From Paraphysomonas bandaiensis (taxonomy: Eukaryota > Protista > Chrysophyceae): DNA of 64,000 bases. The stretch covers positions 2,522-66,521 of the forward strand of contig CBFFRP010000191.1 in the NCBI GenBank assembly GCA_965644295.1. Reading direction: 5' to 3'. The notes beneath the pieces are model-generated. The model saw only the letters and a program-made list of their open reading frames with translations. It searched no databases and had not been told where the DNA came from. Position numbers and translations under genes: made by a program. Positions within the stretch are counted from its first letter, which is position 1; the number at the start of each line of letters is the position of its first letter. Below, in pieces: positions 1-13,500 of this stretch.

Positions 1-1066
1 AAGGAACTAGTTGCAGAATTATAGGTCATTATGGGTCCCGCCTGAAGAGAAGTTAACCCACGAGTATAATTCCGCCAACAGACCTCTACATATTCCATTA
101 CGAGATAAAGGTTTTTGCTATCCGTTGAGTCAATGACTTCATGAAGCTTCACTAAATGGGGGTGCGATAGACGGGTAAGAACTTGAATTTCTTTAGCAAC
201 CTCTTCCGGAAGAGATTCAGTCTAAAAGAAACACTCATTACGCATCTCACATTTCTACTTTACTGCGACACAAAATTTCAGCTCACACCCAGCTCATACC
301 CATTTGCTAGGAAAATTTGGAGGCATATCTGTATAGGTCGGAGAAGTCTCAGGTGTTGTATTTGGGGTGGAATTATTACTTCCCACACTCCCTCGGCGAA
401 ACTGATTAGACTTCCGACGGCACTCCATCGCAGTCTTCTTTATCATTTTCACAGCATACCTGCAATTATACGTTATTAACTCATACAACAGTGAAAGAAA
501 CACTACTACATCTCAGTAGTAATGGCTGTGGTGCCATATTCTTCATGCGGTAACTTGACCGCAAGTTTGACCTCTGCGAAGGAACCCTACGTCACTATCA
601 TCACTGAAATTTGGATACACTTGCGAATAAAGGAACCTGCCCAATAGTCTTTAAAAAAGTATACTGATTTACTCCTAACTGCTTCCCCTTGCTCATCAGT
701 ACATCCACTCTAAATCAAGGACTTATTACATTCACAATGAATTTACAAATAAACATACTCTTGGGTAAATTGCACATGGGATTCCTTGTCGAAAAACCTG
801 GCGTTTGCATGCTCTGGACCTGAGGGTGACATTACATAACCGTAAAATACAAATTAACATGAATTTTACTCTTTATAATATCATTCTTGGTTTCAGGTGG
901 GTGAACATCACGGCGAATATAAGTGACGGAATCGGTTTCATCATTTAGCCCGATAGATATTGTATTTCTACAATTACACAACACAGATTATCAACTACTA
1001 CAAATAAATCAACAGCACTCACATGTCAATCTCTTCGCTTGATGCGTTTACTACTGTTTCCTCCAT
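1..1066 (-). CDS. Ser/Thr protein kinase, CaMKK-like (multi-exon, 5' part; continues beyond window start)
   Basis: Manual splicing of the minus strand gives MEETVVNASSEEID..., VNQYTFLKTIGQ|GSFAEVKLAVK (Gly loop), YAVKMIKK (VAIK-type lysine), and EEVAKEIQVLTRLSHPHLVKLHEVIDSTDSKNLYLVMEYVE|AGPIM. Introns are GT-AG, e.g. the 42-nt intron at 42-83. Confidence 0.85.
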
Positions 1067-3221
1067 ATTTATATATCCTGTAGATTATAATTATTTATTC
1101 TAATGTATATCCTTCTATTGCGGTCGCTCTCAGCTCTCAGTGTATGCTACTACTTAATCAGCGTCACTTTCAGCAAGTATAAGTTACCACACCATTCCAA
1201 AATGTGCGATAACAACCTTCCAATAACTGAAGGTGCGCACAGCTATATACTCACGATCGTATTCAAAGGATAGCTAATATACTAACCAGAGAACAAACGA
1301 TCCAATCATATGAATTTCCAGCCAATAAATGCTCCCCAAAAAAACTGCGTTGACCAACCAATCGAAATGTAATTTTTCATATGGAAGCTATAAAACAGGG
1401 CTGACCTTTAATAACCAATGATATAGCATCTATCAAAAATATTCATGAGCTATTGGTTACAGATTGCTGTTTGTGTTCCCTCAATCACATGCATGATATT
1501 CCTCTACAACATCTAGACATGAATCATATCTATATATAGTGTAGTGAAACATTGATATAAAGATATTCATAAGTGATTAAAAACTGGTCAACAATGTGGA
1601 AGGTGTGAAGGCCTACATTTCTAATATTCATAACCAGCAAATGCAGGGTAAAAGCCTGTCAATGTGGTTGAGACGCGTATTTTGTGATATTTGAGTTTGA
1701 TGAAGGGAGATATTTGGTTGAAGGTTTACTGTTGCCACACTCACATCTCATGACTTACGTGTCCCAGATAAACTTCCCATACTGGTATCACATGTACTCC
1801 GAGAGAAAACTGTCCAATGGGTTACTGCAGCACTGGCAAAACGATTCAAGAACAGTAACATGTGCATTGCTTTGTACACCATTTTACGATTCAAGTTCTA
1901 CGATATTGGTGGATGAGGACTTCGTTCGAGAATATTATCAAGTACATCATGAAGCTCTGTGAGCTTCAGTTGACTTAAAATACCTTTCCAACCTTTCGTC
2001 AAAGTCAACTGTTATATAATTTACTTCTTCCAGCCTATTCTCGTTTGGTGGATATTTCAAAATTAGTTCAAACGACGAGCTGTGCTATGTTTAGTGTTGT
2101 ATGTGGCACTGTAAAAATGCCTGCTTATTAGCAGTATATCTAGCGGTATAAGGCTAGGTTTACGTAAGCATAAATCTATTAATGGTCATCCTATCTCAGG
2201 AGAGTTTGGACAGGTTTTCGAACAGGCAAGCTGAAATACTTCCAATAGAGTATTGCAAACCAGGAGCACAGACTTTACTTGGGGCTAATCTCTAACTATT
2301 GGTCAAACCAGGGCCAAAATCAATCGAAACGAAACTTCGTGCTTAGGCTGCGATTCTCCTTCTGATTCCATCAAGCACATAAGCTTAAGCAGTCGACACC
2401 CACAAACCACATTCAGTCGAGGAACCTATCAACTACACATAGTATCCCAGATGTGTTTCTCAAGTATAATGCTAGTAAAGAGGTGTCATAACTTAAGTCA
2501 ACTTTCTATACTCTCTGGATCGCAGATGACAGATAGAAATGCCAAAACATCTCGAGAACCTCATGCCTTGGAATCCACCTGTTAGAAATGTAACGACCAC
2601 TCTTCTTCACAGTAAAAAAACTAGGGACCAAAGCCAGAGACAATCTACAGCAAAGATCGAATCACTCCTAGTATATTCACAAGCCAAGCACGTTCTACAA
2701 GTTGATGTGGTCATAAACCACGGTGCTGTAGTCAAAACTGGTAAAATTTAAGCTAATTATTGCAATTTAATTGCCAATTATTGTCTAATTAACTTAGTAA
2801 AGCCCAAGAACATAAAGCCCACCAATAGATGAAATGCCATAGATTTGCGCATTAAGAAAATGGATGATCGTCTATAGTTATCCACTCCAACCATATGAGC
2901 GCATTAAGAGAGAAAGGAGAAACTTTTCTCTCAACATAATAATTCATGGGACCAGCTCCCCGTAAAACTGTCTTGACCTCTTGGCATCTCAGCCTTCGTG
3001 TTGCTTTGCATGCTGATCCCAGTGAACCGTCCTGCTTATCTCTGTCACTGATACGATTTTTGACATTCTCTGCATTCTCATTTCTGATGACCATCATCTT
3101 GAGTCCTTGAGTTGGGTAGAAACATCCTTAAAAAGGACTCTGGTATTAAGTGTTCAGACACCTCTAGATTAATGATACACACACTCTTCTACATTATAAT
3201 GATGATATATATTTAGTAGCA

Positions 3222-3736
3222 CGATCACCCTCAACAAAGTCGGACTTTCACCCTTTCGTCGTGTTCTGGGGGATAAGTACCGGAGGTATTTCTCCGGGAA
3301 ACTAACGTGAGCCGCATATATAGTCAGCAGATATTGTTCTGCCCACTCATAGCCAATGCTTGTGTGGTACTAGGGACACTAATAAGTGTCAACTGTGTAG
3401 ACGTCTTTGGGCCCTGACGAATAAACAGGCATCCGGGAATGGGCCCACCTGATGGGCATCCGGGACAGGCCCCACCTGAAGGGTAACCGGGGTATTTGGC
3501 TGCCTGCTGAAGTCAAGCATCCGGGATGTTCACCTTAAGAACTCAGAGCGGAAGTGGTCGCACCTTGGTGCTTGCGGCGACGCACAAGCAGCTTCCGTAG
3601 CGTTAAATAGTAGGATAAAAAAGTGTGTACTGATTAGTCACAGGTAGAGGTCTAACTAGTTTGTCTAGCATTCATCTAGCTACTAAGTTGGTGCAGGTTT
3701 TTAACGCCTATTGCTAATAATAAGACTTTCAATATA
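3222..3736 (+). mobile_element. Non-autonomous retroposon (SINE/SIDE-like), copy A, body type 1
   Basis: Flanked by 8-bp direct repeat TAGTAGCA (3214-3221, 3737-3744). Its ~190-nt 3' tail recurs at ~7965-8100, 8312-8391(-), 12280-12455(-), ~46995-47185 and 52368-52425(-). Its 5' body recurs at 7619-7900. Confidence 0.8.
3232..3313 (+). ncRNA. Candidate HDV-like self-cleaving ribozyme at 5' end of retroposon copy A
   Basis: Element order fits the HDV fold: P2(ggactttc)-P3(acc)-L3(ctttcgt)-P3'(cgt, one mismatch)-P1'-gg-P4(ccggag/ctccgg)-CTAA-P2'(gtgagcc). P1 is not resolved. Confidence 0.45.
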
Positions 3737-4362
3737 TAGTAGCATGGTATGAAATGACCAAAACTCTAAATATCCAGGTTTTTGACTACAGAAAACAGTT
3801 ATAAGCCCTGATATTACCATATCCATGCCGCTGCGCGTCTAGTTCGTTCGTAGTGAACTTCAATCCTTCAGTGACCTCTGTCCTGTAAGGCAGGATCGGT
3901 AATATGATTGCCAAACTACTTAGAGATACATATCTTAAAACTAGAAGGGTATTACGCTATATGGGTCGAGCTGAACTTAGTCTTGTAGCTCAAGATCAAG
4001 AGGAAAGAAACGTAATCGACCGTTCAAAGAAACACTACTTCTCTTAATGTAAAGATATTAATAAGAGAGCCAGCCTTCCCACCATATTAATAGCAATTAT
4101 AATAGCTATGAAGGGAGACGGTCATTAAGGGCAATAAAGTAGGATTTATTATGTTCACCTTCTATGTTTACGTACATTTCACTTGCATCGAGATTTCATA
4201 AATGTATGAACAACGACAGGATCATTCCGGCAGTAGAGAAAGTATACAATATTTATAACAACTTACAATCTTGGAAGCCGATCATATTTACGACGATCCT
4301 ACTAAAAATGAGTACCCACTGCTTCCACGAGTTTACAGAGGTACTGAATTTAGCTTAGAAGA

Positions 4363-5821
4363 TTAACCACAGGATTTGGATGTTTTCGTCCGCCCTTTGC
4401 GGCGCGATGTATATATACGTGGCGTCTCATTGGCTTTGAAAACGCCATTGAAGAACATAGCTTGTATTTTCAGTTGGAAATCCAAACGGCAGGAGGCAAA
4501 AACACAAATGTCTCGTATCGTTATTGACACTGACTTAAAATCTTTGCTATTCAATCTCCATAAGCACTTAGACTCAATATTTGTCGACATGTCATCGTAT
4601 AGTGACGATATCGTTTCATTAGCATGGGCTGTCAGGCTGTCACCGGACTCGCAGTCTCCTTCCCATCTTGCGATCTCTTTTACTCGCTTGTTTTTTTTAA
4701 TATTATCTAAGGCGTAGTTGTATACGTCGCGAAGAAAAGATTCTATCGGGTCGTCTGTTCCTTTCACTCTCTTTCTGTGTTGAGGTGGAAAAAGAGTCTG
4801 CACGCTGGAGACAATACTACCGTAAGGAAGAGGAACACTGAAACAGAATCATTCTAGTGAAAACCGTTATATATATAACCTACGTGAGCATTAAATCCGA
4901 CAACTTTCGCCCCTTGTCTGATCTAGTTCGGCTGCCTGCGTACAGTGCCGACATGCAAGGGGCGGTCACACTTTCAGTCGGCGACGAGGGCTGACAACCC
5001 GCGTTGTTTTGTCGTGGACCAATCGGGGTAGTCGAAATACCACCACTGCAACGAGAAATTTCCCAAGCGATACCTTCCAATATTGCTCTGATCATCTGTT
5101 ATACATTCCATCACCTAAAATCTATTATCCTATAAACGTCAGGTGGGTACCTCATCAAAAGTGGAACAAACACGAAGGCTAGAAAACGCTACCACTGCAT
5201 AGAGTTGGTGCAAATACACAATTCCACGACGGTTGAAATCGAGCTCGCTAAATATCATGCCAGCAGTATGTTCAGGAAAACTAGGGATCGTTGCCAAGAT
5301 TGCCCGAATAAATATCTTGATGATGAATTACACAAATATTAATAACAGGTGCTAGAACGTACATTTCTGTGAACAAGTACCCCAGTGTCATCAAGAGCAC
5401 AAAACCCAATTGAATTTGAGTCTTCCAATAATACCATTGTACTTTCCATTATATCGAGTACGTCAGCTTCTGATGCATGAAGATAGCCAATCAGAATTTC
5501 GATGAGACTAAAAAGGCCACCTTTTGAGGAAGCAGGAATAACGTTTGCCTTGGTAACTTCTGTCGCTGTTGAGAGCGCAGGTAATGTAGGTTGACTATCG
5601 CAACATTTTAGTCAGAGTACCAGAAATGTATGTCATGTATACCTCGCAACTGTCACACGCTTCCATTTATTCTTGTGTGATTTTGAGTGTCGCTTAATAT
5701 ACTCTGGATTGAGGCTATCAAACACATTATCAGCAGATGGGCACAGTAAAGATCCATGAAGACTGTCCATGCTGAAGCTCTTTTTGGCTCGAGTACGCTG
5801 TCGAGTTGCTATTTTAGACAT
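4363..5821 (-). CDS. Hypothetical protein, probably one multi-exon gene
   Basis: Series of collinear minus-strand ORFs (5633-5821, 4880-5095, 4363-4803) separated by short intron-like AT-rich gaps. No recognised domain. Confidence 0.5.
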
Positions 5822-6448
5822 TACTATAGATGTATTGTTGTATCACAAATCAAGTTTGCTGTAGACTAATATTAGACTGAGATCAACTAAGAGCCAACTT
5901 GTCGAATTAATAACGAAGTATAATCCTATGTCCAGAATATAGAGTTGTCAGACATATTCAATGAACAATAGGTTGTCATTGATATCAATATAAATAGACA
6001 CATCTTCGCGTTGAGGTGATAGTTATAAACGACACACTGCGACGATGGTTCGTACGCTCAAAGAATCAATAAGTTTCACACACAAACATAAGTTTTACAT
6101 CAAATATGTATATTAAAAGTTGCATCTAATACAGCAAGACTGCGTAAATTAGCTGACTTTTACGTTCAGCTGATGGGGGAGGAAAGTTCAGTCATCTCTG
6201 TCACTTCAACCATCTGTGTATGGTTTCATAACGGATGTCAACCATATCTGTATCCGGGTCGAATACCGAATAGCCGGATCTTGTCATTTTTTTCGGGATG
6301 TATGTTCTATACAGCAGTATACCGTATACCGTATACTGGTGTACCAGTATGTAGCATCCAGAGTGTCATAAAGTATATGTGTTCTTGTGGATACATACAA
6401 CCCCTCATGGGGTGCGTGTACTTCCTGTGAAAAGAAGAAAGGCTTTTC

Positions 6449-7030
6449 GTGCAACCATATTTGATATCAGTGATGTTTTACACGATATTAGGTCAAATAT
6501 GCTCTTGTCTGGATCCCAATGGAAGCACCACGAGTGAGGAATTAAATATTCTTCATCGCGGCGGAAAATTTGCGAGGAGCATATATCTTGGACTATCCAG
6601 CCAAGAGCTCTTTATGGAACTAAGTAAAGATAATTCCACGATTGCGTGGAAAACGCTAAATAGTACATCAGTGGAATTTGGGGAAATAGATTTAGCTGGT
6701 AGTGTTAAATCTGTGCGCCCACAAGGTCACCAAGGAATACAATACATTGACAACAACGGCAAGTGTATATTTGAAGTAAACGCAGACGATAGAGCTGTCA
6801 GAGACCAGTGGATTGTTGCGCTGAATGAGTTACTATCATCATGGAATGAAGACCCTAGTAAAAGACCGCACTCAACTGTTTCTTCCAAAGGAACCTCAAA
6901 TAAAGCTGAGTATTTTAAAGCTCGTGAAGAAGAACTGTTGCGAAGGGAACAAGAAGCAGCAGAAAGAAAGAAGAAGTACAGTGCTGGCGGCATGAAGTAT
7001 ACTGCAATGGCGTTGGCCAACAAATCTTAG
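6449..7030 (+). CDS. Small PH-like domain protein with C-terminal charged helix
   Basis: 193-aa ORF with a beta-rich region ending in FEVNADDRAVRDQWIVALNELL, typical of the PH C-terminal helix. True start is uncertain. Confidence 0.65.
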   Translation: MQPYLISVMFYTILGQICSCLDPNGSTTSEELNILHRGGKFARSIYLGLSSQELFMELSKDNSTIAWKTLNSTSVEFGEIDLAGSVKSVRPQGHQGIQYIDNNGKCIFEVNADDRAVRDQWIVALNELLSSWNEDPSKRPHSTVSSKGTSNKAEYFKAREEELLRREQEAAERKKKYSAGGMKYTAMALANKS

Positions 7031-7618
7031 CATCACATATTCATTCAGCAATAAAATTTTCGTGGTGTGTATCTCCTGGCGAGTGTAGAAATAGTATAAC
7101 GTAGGTGCATTCTGCTTTTAAATCTAATATTTTATGTATATTCACGATGTATAAGTACTTTCGTAAAGGGTAGTCTATTTACCTTGCTGAGTAAATAGAA
7201 TACGAAATCCGTTCCGAGCGGTTACTCTGGCGTGTGGTGTTATACACAAGTAGTTCCGAAATGAGATAAATAAGAATGTCTGTGATTATTACTTCATGAG
7301 AACGGTTGTGTATAGAAACTAGTTTTACATCTATAGACTAACTAGTAACTGGACTCGAAATGATATAAAAAGTAGGTATTAGTAAGTGGGAATTAGTTTG
7401 ACTTGAGTGACTTTTTCCGTGTCAACTATATGGTTAAGGTATTCACGTCTACTATTTATAAGTTTTAGCCCAATCCTCACCTGATTTAGATTATATAGCA
7501 TAATAAGTATTTTTATAAGAATCACTGCATTTTTCTTCTAATAATAAGGTCTTCTTGATTATTCTTTTCCAAAGCTAGGGAACAAGGTGTTATATTTGCG
7601 TCAATGAGTAAAATGACT

Positions 7619-8100
7619 TCAACAAAGTCGGACTCGCACCTTTTGTGGTGTTATGATGGGGAATAAGTACCAGAGACATTTCTCCGGGAAACTAACGTGA
7701 GCCAAAAATATAGACGGCAGATAATTTTCTGTCCACTCATTGTCAAATAAATGCTTGTGTGGTATAATAAAATAAGGTCCTGACGTCTTAGATAGGGTCC
7801 TGACAAATAAACAGGCATCCAGGAATGGGCCCACCTGAAGGGCATCCGGAGGTTGGGCTGTCTGCTGAAGTCAAGCATCCAGGCTGTTCACCTTAAGGAC
7901 TCAAAATCCTGAAGTCAGCAGATGTCAGGTATATCAACATTCTGCTTGCTCACTGTGTTTGCTTTGAGAGCGACAGTGTTTGCTCCTTGGCTGGAGATGA
8001 CGCACAACCAGCTTTCGTAACGTTAAATAGTAGGAAAGCACTAGTTAGTTACATTGTTTTGCTACATTATTTTTGACCTATGAACGCCTATTGCTACAAC
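7619..8100 (+). mobile_element. Retroposon copy B, body type 1 (diverged)
   Basis: Colinear with copy A from caacaaagtcggact to aacgcctattgcta. No clear TSD. Confidence 0.75.
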
Positions 8101-8311
8101 TAGGAGATGTATGTAATGTGTTCACTACTATTTCAGAATAAAAGTCACCGACTACACATCATAATATAACATATATTATACAATACATCCAGCTTTTTTT
8201 TTCAGTCAAAAGCACAAAGCTATTCTTTGTACGAGACCCCACTACTACTACACGTTTTCCTGTCAAAGCATTCTCATATGAGAGCTGTTCACCTATTCTA
8301 ATTTTTAGTCC

Positions 8312-8391
8312 ATATATTGAAAGTCTTATTATTAGCAATAGGCGTTAAAAACCTGCACCAACTTTTAGTAGCTAGATGAATGCTAGACAAA
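8312..8391 (-). mobile_element. Retroposon 3'-tail fragment, copy C
   Basis: Near-exact reverse complement of the last ~80 nt of copy A (tttgtctagcattc...agactttcaatata). Confidence 0.75.
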
Positions 8392-8514
8392 CGTTTTAAA
8401 AGGATTTAAAGTGTACGCCAGCGGGCTGCTACACTGTTAAGCTCACCAGCGGGTGATGCTTCTCCACTCAGACGCAAATCGTGAAAGAATTTGTATAAAT
8501 CGTTATTTAAAACG

Positions 8515-10555
8515 TGTAATAGAAAAGTGAGTAACATGCTATATACAACTCTACAGTAACACACACATACAATATCATGTTCAGCATATCACTTCAGCAC
8601 ACAACACACCAGATCAGAAGTATTTTATCCGGTACGTATTTACAGCCTCAACACTCCGTGTATACACTGAAAGAGTAGAAACTGAATATGTATCTGAAAA
8701 CTGAAAATACAAAAACACTCTGTACGTGTTAGAGACTACAACAGAAGAGTAACATATAATACTACTAACAACGCAGAAAATAACCAGTACTGCGTTACAC
8801 TACCCTCTTTCCCCCCAGCTGGAGAAATTAGATTGTGAATACAGACTGTGATTCATGTATGCAAATACTTAAATCGGCCATAATAGTTAGCGTCATTCTA
8901 AGTATAAACAAACAAAATCAGATTTAAACAGATATGGAGAATAAACTAGATAGACAAGGTAGTATTGTAATAGAAATAAAAGAATATTGAGAATATTATC
9001 ATATGTAATAGAAGAATAAAACTTGTTTACAAGAGTATATCAGGAAAACTCTTGCAAAACTCCGCATCGACAAGCACCATAGTAGATGGATTAAAGTCAA
9101 AGCATATAGTCCATAGCAGTAAACGTCATATGCACTCCACTCATAAGTAGTATCAAATAGTGGACAGTATAAATCAATTCGTAGACGACGTTTGCCTGCC
9201 CATCGTTTACAACGACATAATACTACATAATTTGTGAAATAGCAATCCGGTAATGATAATGCGTCGTACACCGCTTGGCCTGGTTGAACTCCATCAATCT
9301 GCTGTTTCCGCATTCGTAGTCGTTGTTCTTTAGCTTCCTTAGCAGAAAATAAAAGTGGAAATAGCGCAGGAACAACTTTACAATACTGCTGAAAAGCCCG
9401 TGCTGTTGCAAGATCAGAATGATATGGAATCCACACTTTTGTGAATCATCACTAAATTATACGAGAAAATCCATAGTGGATCTCTTTTCAGGATCTCCCC
9501 GATAAGCCACAATCTTACGCACTTCATACTGGTTATAGTCTACTAAAGCAATGCGAAATGCCTCATCATGAGTACCAAAAAATGGTTTAAGCCAAGACAT
9601 ATGAAAGACTACCTCAAATCGCATTACAATATGTGTACAGGTGATATCTGCTTTGTACGTAGAAACAACCTCGTATGGACCTTTAAATCTAGGATATAGT
9701 TTTGACGGTTTAAATTTCGAAGAATTTGGTTGAAATAAAACGAGCTGTCCGGGTTGATATTCCGTTAGGGTCTCCGGAGGTGTTTTGGATTTTCTCTTTG
9801 CTTGGATCTTGCGTTGAACATCACATGCAATATCACGTATAGTTCTCAAATTCTGATTTATAAGAGATACATATTCCTTAGTATCAACCGAATCTGACAC
9901 AACATCTGACAATTTCAAATAAGGTTTGTCTATTGTACCAAATGTAAACTCAAAAAGTGACAATCCCGTTTCGCTACTTATTTCATCATTCAGTATGAAC
10001 TGGATTACCATATAGCACTCCGGCTCTCCCCAGCAATAATCTTGCAACCTTTCATCATGTACAAGAGCACTTAGAAATCGTAATGTCTTCCTATGGGTTC
10101 TCTCCACCATGTTGGACTCATGTCTATCTGTCAAAGACATTCTGAAACAATAACTGAACAACCTCTGCGGTAACATTCGAACCTGGGTCTGAAACTAACA
10201 CTTCCGATATAGTCCGTAGGAAAACAATGCTCGCGCTACTCCAACTGCCGTGTAATCGGTTGCTGGATACAGACCAACCAAACGCGATGGCAATTGCTTT
10301 AAGTCGGTGTGATCAATGATGGATGCAACAATGCCCTTTCTTGTCAAATCCTACGTAATGTCTACAATGCTCGGAGTCTAAAGATCTAATAGGTGCCTGC
10401 AAGGAAGCACTCATTCCCGCATTAAACTTCTGACAAATGGGACACCGATCTATGAAATCTTGTATCACCTCTGTGGTTAACTTGTGACCTGGAAATACCT
10501 TACTCAGCTCTAACCATGTTCGTTTAACTCCATGATGACCTATCCGACCATTGTG
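8515..10555 (-). mobile_element. Truncated Ty3/Gypsy chromovirus remnant: integrase + chromodomain + PPT + 3' LTR
   Basis: Integrase zinc finger (HNGRIGHH...CPIC), core (ESNMVERTH), KLYPRFKGPY motif, then chromodomain-like YEVRKIVAYRG...DFLV*...WIPY. Polypurine tract at 8800-8816(-) abuts a candidate LTR 8515-8799 bounded by TGTAA...TTACA. Stops and frameshifts present; 5' part lost at ~10555. Confidence 0.8.
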
Positions 10556-13500
10556 TACTAAGAACCAGGCAGAGCATTCAGCGAGAAAAATCAAGATGCA
10601 TCTGAAAAATAGAAACCATCTTGATTTGGAGGGTCCGCCAGCCGGAGGAAGGAGTTTAGAGTCATGGAGAGAGCGTATAATGATACCTGTGTTAGTTCTG
10701 TTTGGGAGGCTTGCGAGCATGACCCTGATGTGTTGGAGGTAGCCAATCAATATTTGGAGGGGAAGAGGCAATTTTACCTGCTGATGATCCTGCTAAGGAG
10801 GTGTTATCCAGTGAGCTCCTTCAGAGGCGAGATTGGGACTGTATTTTGGAGAAGACTACAGTAGAACACAATTCGTTCAAAATAAAGCCGGGGGGGAAAA
10901 AAGGTGTCTGTTTTGGGGTAGATCGACTGAACGGTATAATCCCGAAGCTCATAAAATTGGGACAACCCCAGACAGAGGCAAGTAAATTAGCAAAGATAAA
11001 AGCAGCGCTGCAGATAGAGGAATTACATGATTTATGGATGTCGGTAGCTATGATGCCTAAAGAAGCAACAACTACATTTGATTCGGTGAAAGAGGCTTTG
11101 TGAAGGGTATGACAAGCCTATTATGACGCAGTTGAAGAAACAACAAGTCTGAAGAGATCAATTTGACAGCGTCGAAGGAGCCAGTGGTCTGTTCATTTTG
11201 TCGGAAGAAGGGACATGTATGCTAAGGAACGAGAAAGAAAAATGGATAAGTTCAAAAGAAAAGGAAAGACAAAGGAAAAGGCTTCGAAGAGTGTGCAGCA
11301 GCTAGGATCAAAGGATTATACTGGTTGTCATATCTGTGGAGATTTTAGTCACAAATCCCGACAGTGCAAGTCGAAAAAACGGAGGACATAAAAGACCCGG
11401 ATATTGAGAATCCTCGAAAATCGAACAGGAAATTTGAGACAGAATGAAAGAAATACGTCAACGATATGTAGAGTCGTCGGATGATGAAGCGAATATGTTT
11501 GGAGAAGAGGTTTTGCTATCAGTGATACGTCTGAAGAACTTCGTGTATATCTGTACAGTTGTACAAGTAAAAGACTGTTTATAGTAAAGGATAAAATTGC
11601 ACTGGAATCATTTACTTCAGAGTTTGGGGCAAGTCAACTGACTAGAACTGTTATTACATTCGGGGAATGGAGAGACATCAGAGTTAGTGAAGAAGCGGTG
11701 ATGAACATTGTGTCAGGAGGTATGCTGCGATCAATGGGGTACGGATTACAACTGCTCCGAAAACCTAAAATTGTGGAATTGGACTCTGGAAATGAGGTGT
11801 TGACTGGAGATTACGATGAGCATGGAGTATATGTGAATTTGATGGTGTTAAATCTACCAAATGTGTCTATGTCATTGTGCAATCAGATGGAGGAGATGAG
11901 AGATAAGAGATGCGTTGGACCTCTTACATGAGCGTGCTGGACATGTCTCGATATCGAAGTTAATAGAAGCTCACCGACACATGTTATTCAGAGGATCAGG
12001 ACGACATCACCTTTCGAAGGAGAAGGAGAAGAGTTGCAAGAAGAACCCCTATGTAAATGGTGTACCAAGGCGAAGATAACCAGACATTCGCTCAAATCGC
12101 GGGACATTGAAGAGCAAAGCGCAGTCAGGTTTCTAGAAAGGGTGACAGCTGACATCTCAGTGTACTTGAACAAGACAGGGCTATAAATATGTACTTATAT
12201 GGCGACAAAGAGATGATATGGGAGTATGGTTTAAAGACTCGAAGTGGAGATGAAGTGTTCCAATGTCTACGACACTTATTAAAAGTCTTTTTACTTAACA
12301 ATAGGCGTTAAGAACCCGCACCAATGTAGTGGCTAGTTGAATGCTAGACCTCTACCCGTAACTAATCAATACAAATTCTATTATCCTTCTATTTAACGCT
12401 ACGGAAGCTGCTTTTGTGTCGCCGCAAGCACCAAGGTGCGACCACTTTCGTTCTTAGTGTGCATTATGAGTCTCGCTATACTCGTGCGTCCTGGGACTCA
12501 CTGGCGCGTGTGATCTGGAGGTCTCCCCTTGGAATGAGACTCCACACGCTATATGACTACACATACATTGTGTGCAATTTGCCTCGGAGACTGCCTTATG
12601 TACCTCACGGCAACCAGGGGAAACAGTACTATACCCTGCTGAGATTGGTGGCCTTCCGTCAGGAATTGTAGATGAGGTATGTAGATGAAGGTCTTGCAAA
12701 ACGTTATGGGCTACTGTGAAGAAGCGTCGAAATCGACTCTTTTGCTGTCTTAGCCAGAGAGCACATGGAAGAGAGTGTATAGCTGGACAGGAGTTGAGTA
12801 TGAGGGTCATCCGGTGTGTCCAGCAACAGAGAGTCAAGAGGGAGTGTGATGGTGCAAAAGAGAAAACATCTGATTGAGGAGAGTGGGACTGCGACGGAGT
12901 GAGCTGTGTGGTGTACTGCAGTATATTTGCACCGTATTGGAATTGTATACATCCTGTGGGTCACAGTAGTGCAGTAGTCGAGTATACTGTATGCGGAATA
13001 CTGTGTCCATCCAATGAGATTGTTAGACTGTACGACACTTATGTGAGGTTCATTTAGTGAAGTACGAGGGGCGGAACCGTAGAGTAGAGTATCATGTCGA
13101 TGGAGGATCCGAACTTATCAAGAGTACCTGTTGTGCAGCGATATGGGACTCGGGTGTCGCATACAACGAGAGACACGCCAGAGCTCAACGCGGTGTCTGA
13201 GAGGAAATTCCGAACAATTGGGGAGATGACACTGACGATGTTGACGGCATCCGGACTTCCAAAGTCATTCTGGTTTGATGCATATCAAACTGCATGTTTC
13301 ATTGTGCGACGAAAGCCAGCTCGGACGTGGCAAGGATGGATGTCTCCATAATATTATGATTGTGTTCCAGGGGGAGCGTTCTCAGTCTATCGTGGCTACG
13401 GAAATGTGGGAAAGGTTATTTCATAGGGTATCCACATACATGATCGAAAAGGATACAAGGTGCTAGTGGACACCGTAGTACACCCTGTACATGTATTGTT

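Noticed and set aside
1200-3200. Short ORFs between the kinase and retroposon A
   Set aside because: No recognisable motifs or consistent exon structure; possibly decayed TE but unsupported.
3409-3490. Hammerhead ribozyme (CTGACGA core) in retroposon body 1
   Set aside because: No GAAA with a supporting stem II/III, and copy B has CTGACAA; the region is better explained as short internal tandem repeats.
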